From a virus: 64,000 nucleotides of DNA. The stretch is taken from IMG/VR virus record IMGVR_UViG_3300036828_001020, positions 5,180 through 69,179 of that record. The stretch is one strand, 5' to 3'. This document shows positions 55,597 to 64,000 of the stretch, in pieces; position 1 is the first letter of the stretch, and each line of letters opens with the position of its first letter. Below the pieces are notes generated by a model that searched no databases, had not been told where the DNA came from, and saw only the letters and a program-made list of their open reading frames with translations. The translations under genes were made by a program, and so were the position numbers.

Positions 55597-55832
55597 AGCA
55601 AGTTCCTCGTTGTGGGAAAGCGCGGGGCCCCCCGCGCGGAAGTACTCCCAACCCAGGCACCTACAGGGGCCCGCAGGTGCCGCCCTACCCTCTGCCAGAC
55701 GGGGACCCCCCGCCGGGCATACTCGGGTTCAAAAGGAATTAGGAAAACTGTGAGCCGATTTGTTGGCGCGATCAAGTAACGCCGCACTTCGGCGGAATGA
55801 ATTTTTTGGGAAAAAACAATATCGGAGGCGAG

Positions 55833-56054
55833 ATGACTGAGGAATTTATTATCACCGGGCTGGTGCTGATCTATGCGACCGGGTGCATGGCCACGATCGC
55901 CGAGATCTACGACCAGCAGAAAACCGGTATGGCCCCATCGGGAGCCGCGCTGGCGGTGCGCCATCCGGCACTGAGTGCGCTGGTCACGGTGGCGGCGATC
56001 GCCAGCTGGCCGCTGGTGCTGACGTGGTGTGCAGTCCGAAAGGGGTGGCGATGA
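55833..56054 (+). CDS. Small membrane protein
   Basis: GGAGG SD; two hydrophobic segments. Confidence 0.55.
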   Translation: MTEEFIITGLVLIYATGCMATIAEIYDQQKTGMAPSGAALAVRHPALSALVTVAAIASWPLVLTWCAVRKGWR

Positions 56055-56494
56055 GTTACGGATTGAAGGACCTGGCGCAGGAAGTCAGCCAGGTGATCGA
56101 GGAGGCGATCGCCGGCGGCCGCTCGATGCCGGCGACCGAAATCGTCGCCCTGGTGCTCGAGCGGCACCCGTTGCCGCCGCCCTATGATGCCGCCGGGGTG
56201 CGTGATTTTGTGACGCTGGCGTGCACCTGGATGGTGCGCGAGCAGGTCCACAAGATCCTCGCGACCTTGAAGCGCAAAAACCTGCGCGGGCAGGCCCAGC
56301 TGCCCGGCTTCGCGCGGCTGTTGCCGGCTTACATTGTGATCCGCAATGACGTCGAGATGATCGTCGTCACCCCGCAATTGACCGACGCCGAGATCGAGAC
56401 CAAGGCGCTCGAATACGAGGCGATGGCCGAGGGCTGTCTATTGCACGCCGGCGAATTGCGCCGCTATGCGCTCGAACGCCGCGAGGCCGCGTGA
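56051..56494 (+). CDS. Hypothetical protein
   Basis: LPGFARL..AY..HAGELRRY; ATGA coupling. Confidence 0.65.
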   Translation: MSYGLKDLAQEVSQVIEEAIAGGRSMPATEIVALVLERHPLPPPYDAAGVRDFVTLACTWMVREQVHKILATLKRKNLRGQAQLPGFARLLPAYIVIRNDVEMIVVTPQLTDAEIETKALEYEAMAEGCLLHAGELRRYALERREAA

Positions 56495-56676
56495 TGCGCA
56501 CGGCTAAGGAAAAAGCCGCCGCGGCGATGGAGCGGCAATTGATCGTCGGCGAGCTGCTGGCCGAGATCTATGCGCTCGACGGCGATCCCGAGTGGTGCCA
56601 AATCGCCGCCGCATTGCGCGCGACGCATGATCATGTCCGCCGGGCGATGCACCCCGACGACCGCGAGGAGGCGTGA
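56491..56676 (+). CDS. Hypothetical protein
   Basis: Coupled small ORF. Confidence 0.5.
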   Translation: MMRTAKEKAAAAMERQLIVGELLAEIYALDGDPEWCQIAAALRATHDHVRRAMHPDDREEA

Positions 56677-56921
56677 GGGCACGGGATCTGCGCCGGCCCG
56701 ACGCCGCCTTTCGCCGGCTGTGGGGCCGACTATTGGCGATCGAGGATTGGCGGCCATGGGTGCTCGCCCCGGAAGCGATGAATTACGACCAGGCCGAGGA
56801 TTGGGCCGCCAAGCACGGCGCCCGCCGGGTGATCGCGCTGTCGAGCGGCGACACGCTAGCCGAGGTGGTGCTGGTCGAAGTGTCGGAAAACTTTACAGGT
56901 GAGACCGAATGCCCCGAATGA
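56673..56921 (+). CDS. Hypothetical protein
   Basis: GGAGG SD, coupled. Confidence 0.5.
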   Translation: MRARDLRRPDAAFRRLWGRLLAIEDWRPWVLAPEAMNYDQAEDWAAKHGARRVIALSSGDTLAEVVLVEVSENFTGETECPE

Positions 56922-57109
56922 CCCGCTTTATCTCGGTCGACGGCCACGTCTACAAAATCGCCGAGGATGTAGATCTGTTCAATGTGACGATCATCAACAG
57001 CAAAGGCCTGGTGATCGCAGGGAAAATCTTAGAGCCAACGTCCCCCGACAACGTGTCGGAAAATCTTACAGGTTCGGGCGACCCTGCTGATGACGCATCA
57101 ACGGCTTAG
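56918..57109 (+). CDS. Hypothetical protein
   Basis: ATGA coupling. Confidence 0.45.
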   Translation: MTRFISVDGHVYKIAEDVDLFNVTIINSKGLVIAGKILEPTSPDNVSENLTGSGDPADDASTA

Positions 57110-57254
57110 AATAAAGCGACAAGGGCTTAGGCAAAAAGCGCCTGTCGGAAAATTTTACACTCGGTCTTTGCCGTGTCCGCCGACCCCGCAGAAACTCTAT
57201 GGTGGCTCGTTTCTTGCTCATAAAGCAATTAAATCAATTACCCAGGAGCTTGCC

Positions 57255-57962
57255 ATGATCAAAGAATTTCTCGCCGGCGTTGCCCTGACATTTGGCATTT
57301 TCACACTTGCCGGTGCGGCGCAAGCCGTGCCCTGCAGCGGCACCACGACAACCCTTGCCAATGGCAATTCGGTGGCCGCCTCGTTTCTGGTCGGCGCGGG
57401 CGGTGCCTCGACCGGCAATTGCGTGGCCGCGGGCGACAAAATCTTTGGCGCCTTCTCGACCTCGGGGGCCATCACCAACACCGGGAGTGCGAGCTTCTCG
57501 TTCTTTATGACGCCGGGCAATGTGACGATCGGCTTTGCCGGGGTCGTGGCACCCAGCTCGGTGGGCGGTATAGACTATGCGGTGGCGGTTGATCCGGCCT
57601 TGGCCAACGGCTTTCAAATCGACGATTTGCAAAAGGACTTCACGCTCAACGCCAGCGACGGCGGGCTCGCAGCCAGCGCCACCTTGACCGGGTTCACCAC
57701 GCCGGCCTCGATCGACTTTAGCTGCACGCGCACGGTCAATCCGACAACCTCGAGCTGCCCGCAAACCGCATCCTTTAGCCCGGTTACCGGCGATCTCGAC
57801 GTCAACCAGACGATCACCACCGGCGCCAATGCGATCGTTACCGCATTGACCGACACGATCTCACAGACCCCAGCGGCGGTTCCCGAGCCGGCCTCGCTGG
57901 CGATCCTCGGCTCGGCACTGGCCGGCATGGGATGGCTGCTCCGACGCCGGCGGCAAGTCTAA
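57255..57962 (+). CDS. PEP-CTERM exported protein
   Basis: Signal peptide ending AQA; Thr/Ser-rich body; VPEPASLAILGSALAGMGWLLRRRR C-terminus. Confidence 0.92.
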   Translation: MIKEFLAGVALTFGIFTLAGAAQAVPCSGTTTTLANGNSVAASFLVGAGGASTGNCVAAGDKIFGAFSTSGAITNTGSASFSFFMTPGNVTIGFAGVVAPSSVGGIDYAVAVDPALANGFQIDDLQKDFTLNASDGGLAASATLTGFTTPASIDFSCTRTVNPTTSSCPQTASFSPVTGDLDVNQTITTGANAIVTALTDTISQTPAAVPEPASLAILGSALAGMGWLLRRRRQV

Positions 57963-58294
57963 AGCGGCGCCCGCGCGGCGCGCGCAGTCCGCAGCGCCTG
58001 CTCGTCCTCGAGGCGCTCGCGGCGGCGGCCGAGGCCGCGACGCCGCCGCCCGGCTGGGTCAAGCCCGAGGGTCTGGAACGCGCGGCCGGGCTCGACCCCG
58101 ATGTTGCCGGCGGGCTCGAATTTCTCGCCCTGCTCTACAACCATCTGCTCGGCATGGAGGTGCGCCTCTACACGGCACAGCGGCGGCTCGAGCGGCTGAC
58201 CGATCAGGTCAAGAAATCCAGCAGCGAGGTCAAAGCCGGACTCGATGAGCTGGCGCAACGGCTGGCCGCGCTCGAGGTGCTGATCAAGGGGTAG
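57932..58294 (+). CDS. Hypothetical coiled-coil protein
   Basis: Coding-like C-terminal half; start uncertain. Confidence 0.4.
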   Translation: MAAPTPAASLKRRPRGARSPQRLLVLEALAAAAEAATPPPGWVKPEGLERAAGLDPDVAGGLEFLALLYNHLLGMEVRLYTAQRRLERLTDQVKKSSSEVKAGLDELAQRLAALEVLIKG

Positions 58295-58514
58295 AGCGCA
58301 GCAATTCTTCGAGCTCTTCGAGGTGCAGGCGCAATTCGAGGCTCATCCATTTGCGGCCGATCTCGTGATAGAGCAGATCGAGCAGCACCCGGCATTCGGT
58401 GCGCAACGCCGCGTCGGGGAGCCCGCTGAGGTCGACGGCAGGGATATCGGCGGCCGGCGGCACCGGCTTAGCGGCTCGGCGGCGGCGTGTTTTGGTAGAG
58501 CTCGGGGCGGTCAT
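58284..58514 (-). CDS. Hypothetical protein
   Basis: Small ORF in the distal late operon. Confidence 0.45.
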   Translation of the reverse strand: MTAPSSTKTRRRRAAKPVPPAADIPAVDLSGLPDAALRTECRVLLDLLYHEIGRKWMSLELRLHLEELEELLRSTP

Positions 58515-58671
58515 GATTGGCAAAGCCGCGGGATTGCGGCTCGGTTTTTAATCGACGCAGCAATTGCCCGGCGTATTCCGGGCTCGGCACCCCGCCGCGG
58601 ATGCACAGCTCGAGATGGGCGGCGAGATCGGCAAACAATTCGCCCGAAACCCGGTAGGATGAGATCGCCAT
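58468..58671 (-). CDS. Hypothetical protein
   Basis: AGGAG SD before MAISSYRV. Confidence 0.5.
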   Translation of the reverse strand: MAISSYRVSGELFADLAAHLELCIRGGVPSPEYAGQLLRRLKTEPQSRGFANHDRPELYQNTPPPSR

Positions 58672-58679
58672 GTGGTCTC

Positions 58680-59279
58680 CTAGTTCTTCCGGCTCAATTG
58701 TTTTAGCGCGATCTCTATGACACCCTGCACGACAGCCTGCTCGTAGTCTTCGGGGAACGGTTTTTTCCAGCCGATCGCGATCAAGGCCAGCAGCAATTCG
58801 CGCCGCTCGGGCGGCACCGGCACCAAGCACACCCGCGTCATGCCTTCCTCGGCAAACCGCTTGACCAATAGCGAGACTCCCTTGCTGGTGTCGCCGCAGA
58901 CCGGCTCGCCGCCCAACACCCGCAAGACCAGCCCGCTCGGCGTCTTGTCGGTGATCAGCGGGGCCCGGCGCGGCTCAAAGGACCACGGCTTGCCGTCGTC
59001 CCAGCGGCCTTGCAGAAACGTCTCGGAGTTGAACTTGAAGTCGATCGACCAGACCGCAACCAGGTTGGCGGTGGTCTCGCGTTGGATTTCGGCAAGTGCT
59101 GCAGGCAATGCCTCGACCCTTAAGGTCGCCGGGATCTCGCGCCAGTATTCGAACAATTCATGGCGCAAATCCCACACCACAAAGCCACCCCCGGCAATCA
59201 GTGCTGCGAGAATCACGACCGCGGCTTTCCACGGATGATCGATGAATCCGAGCAGCTGGTGCAACGCCTCCATGATCAT
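58680..59279 (-). CDS. Putative T4-T-like (class III) holin
   Basis: Single N-terminal TM plus a soluble domain with two Cys and GAF-like strands; follows the fibre genes as T4 t does. Confidence 0.5.
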   Translation of the reverse strand: MIMEALHQLLGFIDHPWKAAVVILAALIAGGGFVVWDLRHELFEYWREIPATLRVEALPAALAEIQRETTANLVAVWSIDFKFNSETFLQGRWDDGKPWSFEPRRAPLITDKTPSGLVLRVLGGEPVCGDTSKGVSLLVKRFAEEGMTRVCLVPVPPERRELLLALIAIGWKKPFPEDYEQAVVQGVIEIALKQLSRKN

Positions 59280-59354
59280 CCCGCCACGCGGCGGGGGTGG
59301 CGATGGTGGCGGTTGCGTCAGGGCCCATCTCCTGCCAGATCAGTCGAGCTGCAA

Positions 59355-59678
59355 TCAGGTGATCTCCTCGGCCTGGCGGATCATCAGCCCAAAATCGACG
59401 ATCACCTGGTCGGCAACGACAAAGCCAAAGCCCTCGAGCTTGTCGCGCAAGGTCTTCCACTGCTCCTCGGTCAAGGTGACCTCCTCGGCCTTTTGCTGGA
59501 CTGCCTCGTCGATCGGCTTGATCGCATCGACACAGCGGATCACCTCGTCGAGGCTGAGCCCGCGGTCGGAAGGGCGGTTGCGCAGCAGGGTGCGCATCAT
59601 GTCGGCATAGCTAAAGTCGAGCGGTTCGCCGCTGCCGTTTGGCGTCTTAATCACCCGCAGCGCCAGTCGTCGCGCCAT
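59355..59678 (-). CDS. Putative tail fibre chaperone
   Basis: GAGGAGG SD; immediately after the fibre gene; VTLTEEQWKTL. Confidence 0.6.
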   Translation of the reverse strand: MARRLALRVIKTPNGSGEPLDFSYADMMRTLLRNRPSDRGLSLDEVIRCVDAIKPIDEAVQQKAEEVTLTEEQWKTLRDKLEGFGFVVADQVIVDFGLMIRQAEEIT

Positions 59679-59680
59679 TC

Positions 59681-62600
59681 TCAGACCTCCTCGAGTCGTT
59701 GCAGTCGCGCGGCGAGCTCGCAAACCGCGTTGAGCAAAGCATACGTCAGCGCGCTCGGGTCGAGCAGCAGGCCCGGCGAGTCGCGGCTGTCGATCTCGTC
59801 CTCACCCTTGGCGATGTAGCGGCGGGTCACCGAATGGGTCAGCAGCTCGGGCATGATGTCGGCGACCGCCTCGGCAACCAGCCCGTGATAGGTCTTGCCG
59901 TCGGCGATGGTGCCGCCGCGGCCGTTGTACTCAAAGCTGACCGGCCGCAATTTGGCCAGCGCCTCGAGACCGCGGTCATAGTTGCGGATGTTGCGCTTGA
60001 CGGCGCGCGAGGAGGGTGCCGCCCAGCTGCCGCCGCCGGGCTTGGTGGCGGTGCCGCCGAGCACCGTCAGGTTGCCGCTGCCGTCGAGGCTCATCGCTCC
60101 GATGAGGATTGACGCGCTGCCGACCGGTGTGGTGCTGAACGACAAGCCCGCACCTTGATTGGTGGCGCTCCAGGTCTCCAGCGCGACAGCCGCAACGCCG
60201 GCGCGGGCGCCCGACATGGCCGAGGTCGGCGCGGGCAGCCAACCAAACCAGCCCAGGGTCCCGAGCTGATCGTTGTTGACGATCCCGGTCGGGGTGAGGC
60301 AAGTGCCGTCGGTCCGCCGCATGTCTATGCGGCCCTGGTTGCCATAAGCGTCGACGACACTGCGCGGGACCACCGTATCGGCCCCGGCCAGGCGGATACC
60401 CGTTCCGGCGAGAGGGGCCGGCAATGCTGCGGTGTTCATGTTGACTTGCAGCAGGCCTGCTTGGTTGTGCGTGGCGCTGCCAAGATCACCGTCCGGCGGG
60501 CTGCCGACGACGAGCCCCTGGCCCAAAGTCATCATCTGGGTCGGGGTCACCGTCCCTGGCGGTGTCGTGATGAAATTGATGACTGTGCCTTGTGCTGTGT
60601 CGGACCAGTTTTCGATTGCCCGACCCTGCATCGCCGCCCGGTTGCTTGCCGAGTAGCCGGTCGCACCATAGCCAAAAAAGGCATATTGGCCCATCGCATC
60701 GTTGTTGAGCAGCGGTGAGGGCGCCGCGGCTGTGCCATTGGCCTTGCGCACGGTGGTATTGCCGGCGACCCCTGAGCCAAAGGCGTCGAGCAGGAGCCGG
60801 GTCGTCGCATTGTCGGCGCCCCCCAGACGCAGCAATGTACCGCTCGGCACTGCCGGCAAGGCCGCGGCGTTCTGACTGATCGCCAGGAGCCCGCTCATCG
60901 TGCCCCCCGCCAGCGGCACGTAGGAGGAGAGCGCCGCGGTTGTCGCATAATTCTGGTTGGCGGCCGCGGTGATCAGCCCCTTGGCGTTGATCTGCAGGCC
61001 CTGAAAGGTGCCGACATTCGCGTTGACCGAAGCCAGTGTCGCGAGGATCGCGGTGGTGCCGCTGCCGCCGACGTCGCCGCTCAGCGTCACCGTCTGGTTG
61101 CCACTGATATAGCCCTGTGACTTGACGTAGGCGGTCGTGGCGATTTGCGTCGTGTTGGTGACCGCTGTGGCTGTGGGTGCAGTCGGTGTGCCGGTCAGGG
61201 CGGGCGAGGCGAGCGGCGCATAATTGGTCGCAACAAAGGCCGTCGTCGCGATCTGGATCGTGCTCGTGCCAAAGGGTGCCGTCGGTGCGGTCGGTGTGCC
61301 GATCAACCCCGGTGAAGCGAGCGGCGCATAATTCTGGTTGGCCGCCGCAGTGACCAAACCTTTGGCATTGACCGTCAACCCCTGAAAGGTCCCAACATTG
61401 GCGTTGACCGAAGCCAGGGTCGTGGGGATCGCGGTGGCGCCGCTGCCGACGACGTCACCGCTCAGCGTCACCGTCTGGTTGCCGGTCAGGTAACCCTGGT
61501 TGGCGGCCGCGGTGATCAATCCCTTGGCGTTGACCGTGAGCCCCTGGAAGGTGCCGATGTTGCTGTTGACCGCGGCGAGGGTCAGTAACCCGGTGGCGGT
61601 GTTGAGGGTGGCATCGCCCGCCACCGTAAACCCGCCAAACCCCCCGGCGCTGTTGTACTGGACTTGTCCAGTGGCGCCCCCGGCAAGGTTGCCGCCAGCG
61701 CTGACCGCGACACCGTTGACGTAAATGCCGGGGGCATTGACCGTGCCGGGTCCGAGATCGCCGCCGGTCGGGCTGCCGATGACCAATCCCTGGCCGAGCG
61801 TCATCGTCTGGGCCGGGGTCACTGAACCCGGCGGGGTGGTGATAAAGTTGAGATACGTACCCTGCGCCGCATCCGACCAGTTTTCGACGGCTCGGCCCTG
61901 GATCGCCGCCCGATTGCTCGCCGAATAGCCAGTGGCGCCATAGCCGAAAAAGGCGAATTGCCCGATTGCGTCGTTATTGAGGAGTGCGGTGGGTGTGCCG
62001 GCTGTGCCATTGGCCTTGCGCACCGTGACGTTGCCGGACACCCCAGCGCCAAACGTGTCGAACAGAATTCGGGTCGCCTGGCCATCGGCGTTGGCGACCC
62101 GCAGCAAGGTGCCGGCCGGTGCGGCGGGCAGGGTTGCGGCATTCATGTTGACCTGGATCAGCCCGGCGGTGTTGAGCGTAGCCGGACCCAGACTCCCGCC
62201 GACTGGTGCGCCGATCACGAGCGAGCCCGGTGCGGTGCCGCTGATGGCACCACCGCCGAGCGGCAAATAGCCGGCCAACGCCGCGGTCGTTGCGTAATTC
62301 TGATTGCTCGCGCTGATGACCAAGCCCTTGGCGTTGACCTGGATGCCCTGGAAGAAGCCGACATTGGCGTTGACCGTGGCCAGTGCCGTGATGATCGCGG
62401 TGGCTCCGCTGCCGCCGACATCACCCGAGAGTGTCACCGTCTGGTTGCCGGTCAGGTAGCCCTGGGCTTTGACAAAGGCCGTCGTGGCGAGCTGCGTCGT
62501 GTTGGTGACCGCCGCCGCGGTGGGTGCGGTTGGCGTGCCGGTCAGGGCGGGCGAGGCGAGCGGCGCGTAATTGGTCGCGACAAACGCCGTCGTCGCGATC

Positions 62601-64000
62601 TGGATCGTGCTCGTGCCAAAGGGTGCCGTCGGTGCCGTCGGTGTGCCGGTCAACCCCGGTGAAGCCAGCGGCGCGTAATTCTGGTTGGCGGCCGCGGTGA
62701 CCAAACCCTTGGCGTTGACCGTCAGCCCCTGAAAGGTCCCGACATTGGCATTGACCGTGGCCAAGGTCAGCGCCCCGCTGCCGGTGTCGAGGGTGGCGTC
62801 GCCCGTCACCGTAAACCCGCCCAGCGTCCCGGCGCTGTTGAACTGCACCTGGCCCGGCGTGCCGCCGGGGAATGTGACAGCCCCCGCGCTGACCGCGACC
62901 CCGCCGATGTAGAGCCCGGTGGCATTGATCGTGCCGGTGCCGAGGTCACCGCCGGCAGCACTGCCGACGACGAGGCCGCGACCCAGGGTCATTGCCTGCA
63001 GTGGGGTCACCGTCCCTGGTGGCGTCGTGATGAAATTGAGATAGGTGCCCTGCGCTGTGTCGTTCCAGTTCTCAACCGCACGGCCCTGGATCGCCGCTCG
63101 ATTGCTCGCCGAGTAGGCGGTAGCCCCGAAGCCAAAAAAGGCGAATTGGCCCATCACATCGTTGTTGAGGAGTGCCGAGGGTGCGCTCGCCGTGCCGTTG
63201 GCTTTGCGCACGGTCACGTTGCCGGCGATGCCCGAGCCAAACGTATCAAACAAGATGCGGGTTTCCACGCCATTGAGGTTGGCCACCCGCAGCAATGTGC
63301 CAGCCGGTGCGGCGGGCAGGGTTGCGGTGTTGGCGTTGACCTGGATCAGGTTGGCAACATTCAGCGTGCCGGCACCGAGGCTGCCGGCCGGCGGCGCCCC
63401 GATCACCAGTGAGCCCGGTGCGGTGCCGCTGATGGCACCACCGCCGAGCGGCAAATAGCCAGAGAGTGCCGCTGTCGTGGCGTAATTCTGGTTGACCGCC
63501 GAGGTGACCAAACCTTTGGCGTTGACCGTGAGGCCCTGGAAGGTGCCGACGTTGGCGTTGACCGTGGGAAGCGTCGTGATGATCGCGGTAGAGCCCGAGC
63601 CGGTGACATCACCGGAGAGCGTCACCGTCTGGTTGCCGGTCAGATAGTTCTGATTGGCGGCCGCGGTGACGAGCCCCTTGGCATTGATCGTCAGGCCTTG
63701 GAAGATCCCGGCGTTCGCATTGACCGCGGCGAGAGTCAGCACGCCGGTGGCGGTGTTGAGCGTGGCGTCACCCGATACGGTGAACCCGCCAAACCCGGTG
63801 CCGCCGGCGTTGAACTGAACTTGCCCGGCGCTGCCGCCAGGTGGTGTCCCGCCCCCCGCGCCGACCGCGACCCCGTTGATATAGACCCCGGTGGCGTTGA
63901 CCGTGCCGATGCCGAGATCGCCGCCGGCAGCACTGCCGACAACGAGCCCTTGTCCCAAGGTCATCGTCTGGGTCGGGGTCACCGTCCCGGGTGGGGTGGT
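59681..64000 (-). CDS. Giant repetitive tail fibre with C-terminal S74 autocleaving chaperone (5' partial)
   Basis: Open to the window edge; Gly/Ala/Thr repeats (LTGTPTAPTA, VNAKGLVT); C-terminal SSRAVKRNI..LRPVSFEY..GLVAE. Confidence 0.9.
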   Translation of the reverse strand, partial: TTPPGTVTPTQTMTLGQGLVVGSAAGGDLGIGTVNATGVYINGVAVGAGGGTPPGGSAGQVQFNAGGTGFGGFTVSGDATLNTATGVLTLAAVNANAGIFQGLTINAKGLVTAAANQNYLTGNQTVTLSGDVTGSGSTAIITTLPTVNANVGTFQGLTVNAKGLVTSAVNQNYATTAALSGYLPLGGGAISGTAPGSLVIGAPPAGSLGAGTLNVANLIQVNANTATLPAAPAGTLLRVANLNGVETRILFDTFGSGIAGNVTVRKANGTASAPSALLNNDVMGQFAFFGFGATAYSASNRAAIQGRAVENWNDTAQGTYLNFITTPPGTVTPLQAMTLGRGLVVGSAAGGDLGTGTINATGLYIGGVAVSAGAVTFPGGTPGQVQFNSAGTLGGFTVTGDATLDTGSGALTLATVNANVGTFQGLTVNAKGLVTAAANQNYAPLASPGLTGTPTAPTAPFGTSTIQIATTAFVATNYAPLASPALTGTPTAPTAAAVTNTTQLATTAFVKAQGYLTGNQTVTLSGDVGGSGATAIITALATVNANVGFFQGIQVNAKGLVISASNQNYATTAALAGYLPLGGGAISGTAPGSLVIGAPVGGSLGPATLNTAGLIQVNMNAATLPAAPAGTLLRVANADGQATRILFDTFGAGVSGNVTVRKANGTAGTPTALLNNDAIGQFAFFGYGATGYSASNRAAIQGRAVENWSDAAQGTYLNFITTPPGSVTPAQTMTLGQGLVIGSPTGGDLGPGTVNAPGIYVNGVAVSAGGNLAGGATGQVQYNSAGGFGGFTVAGDATLNTATGLLTLAAVNSNIGTFQGLTVNAKGLITAAANQGYLTGNQTVTLSGDVVGSGATAIPTTLASVNANVGTFQGLTVNAKGLVTAAANQNYAPLASPGLIGTPTAPTAPFGTSTIQIATTAFVATNYAPLASPALTGTPTAPTATAVTNTTQIATTAYVKSQGYISGNQTVTLSGDVGGSGTTAILATLASVNANVGTFQGLQINAKGLITAAANQNYATTAALSSYVPLAGGTMSGLLAISQNAAALPAVPSGTLLRLGGADNATTRLLLDAFGSGVAGNTTVRKANGTAAAPSPLLNNDAMGQYAFFGYGATGYSASNRAAMQGRAIENWSDTAQGTVINFITTPPGTVTPTQMMTLGQGLVVGSPPDGDLGSATHNQAGLLQVNMNTAALPAPLAGTGIRLAGADTVVPRSVVDAYGNQGRIDMRRTDGTCLTPTGIVNNDQLGTLGWFGWLPAPTSAMSGARAGVAAVALETWSATNQGAGLSFSTTPVGSASILIGAMSLDGSGNLTVLGGTATKPGGGSWAAPSSRAVKRNIRNYDRGLEALAKLRPVSFEYNGRGGTIADGKTYHGLVAEAVADIMPELLTHSVTRRYIAKGEDEIDSRDSPGLLLDPSALTYALLNAVCELAARLQRLEEV

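Noticed and set aside
54640-55779. 379 aa plus-strand ORF with repeats
   Set aside because: Shadow of the minus-strand Pro-rich gene; implausible amino acid composition.
59681-64000. Diversity-generating retroelement acting on the fibre
   Set aside because: No reverse transcriptase in the window, and repeat differences are not adenine-specific as far as I can see.
1-64000. Integrase, CI repressor, tRNA, DNA polymerase or helicase
   Set aside because: No supporting motifs found; they may lie outside the window.

Overview
The whole window is phage DNA: a GC-rich myovirus with a Bcep781-like morphogenesis module, probably from an alphaproteobacterial host. The minus-strand late module runs from terminase (34.4 kb) through portal, gpF, DUF2213 protease, capsid, neck, sheath, tube, chaperones, tape measure and baseplate to tail proteins (0.2 kb). 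A giant repetitive tail fibre and a T4-T-like holin candidate lie at the right end, which implies a circularly permuted genome larger than 64 kb. Regulation, replication and recombination genes occupy 40-57 kb. No integrase, CI repressor, tRNA or CRISPR array was seen. Most notable: (1) host chromosome and cell-cycle signals (perfect parS, DnaA boxes beside the rep gene, a SciP homologue downstream of a CtrA box, a GapR-like protein); (2) a plus-strand insertion resembling an uncharacterised peptide (RiPP-like) cluster; (3) a type III hammerhead ribozyme carrying the Shine-Dalgarno of its downstream gene; (4) a baseplate spike containing a copy of a tail-sheath domain; (5) two antisense HNH genes that supply the stop codons of their neighbours; (6) a Tae2-like amidase and a PEP-CTERM protein. 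All family calls come from motif recognition by eye; no database search was run.
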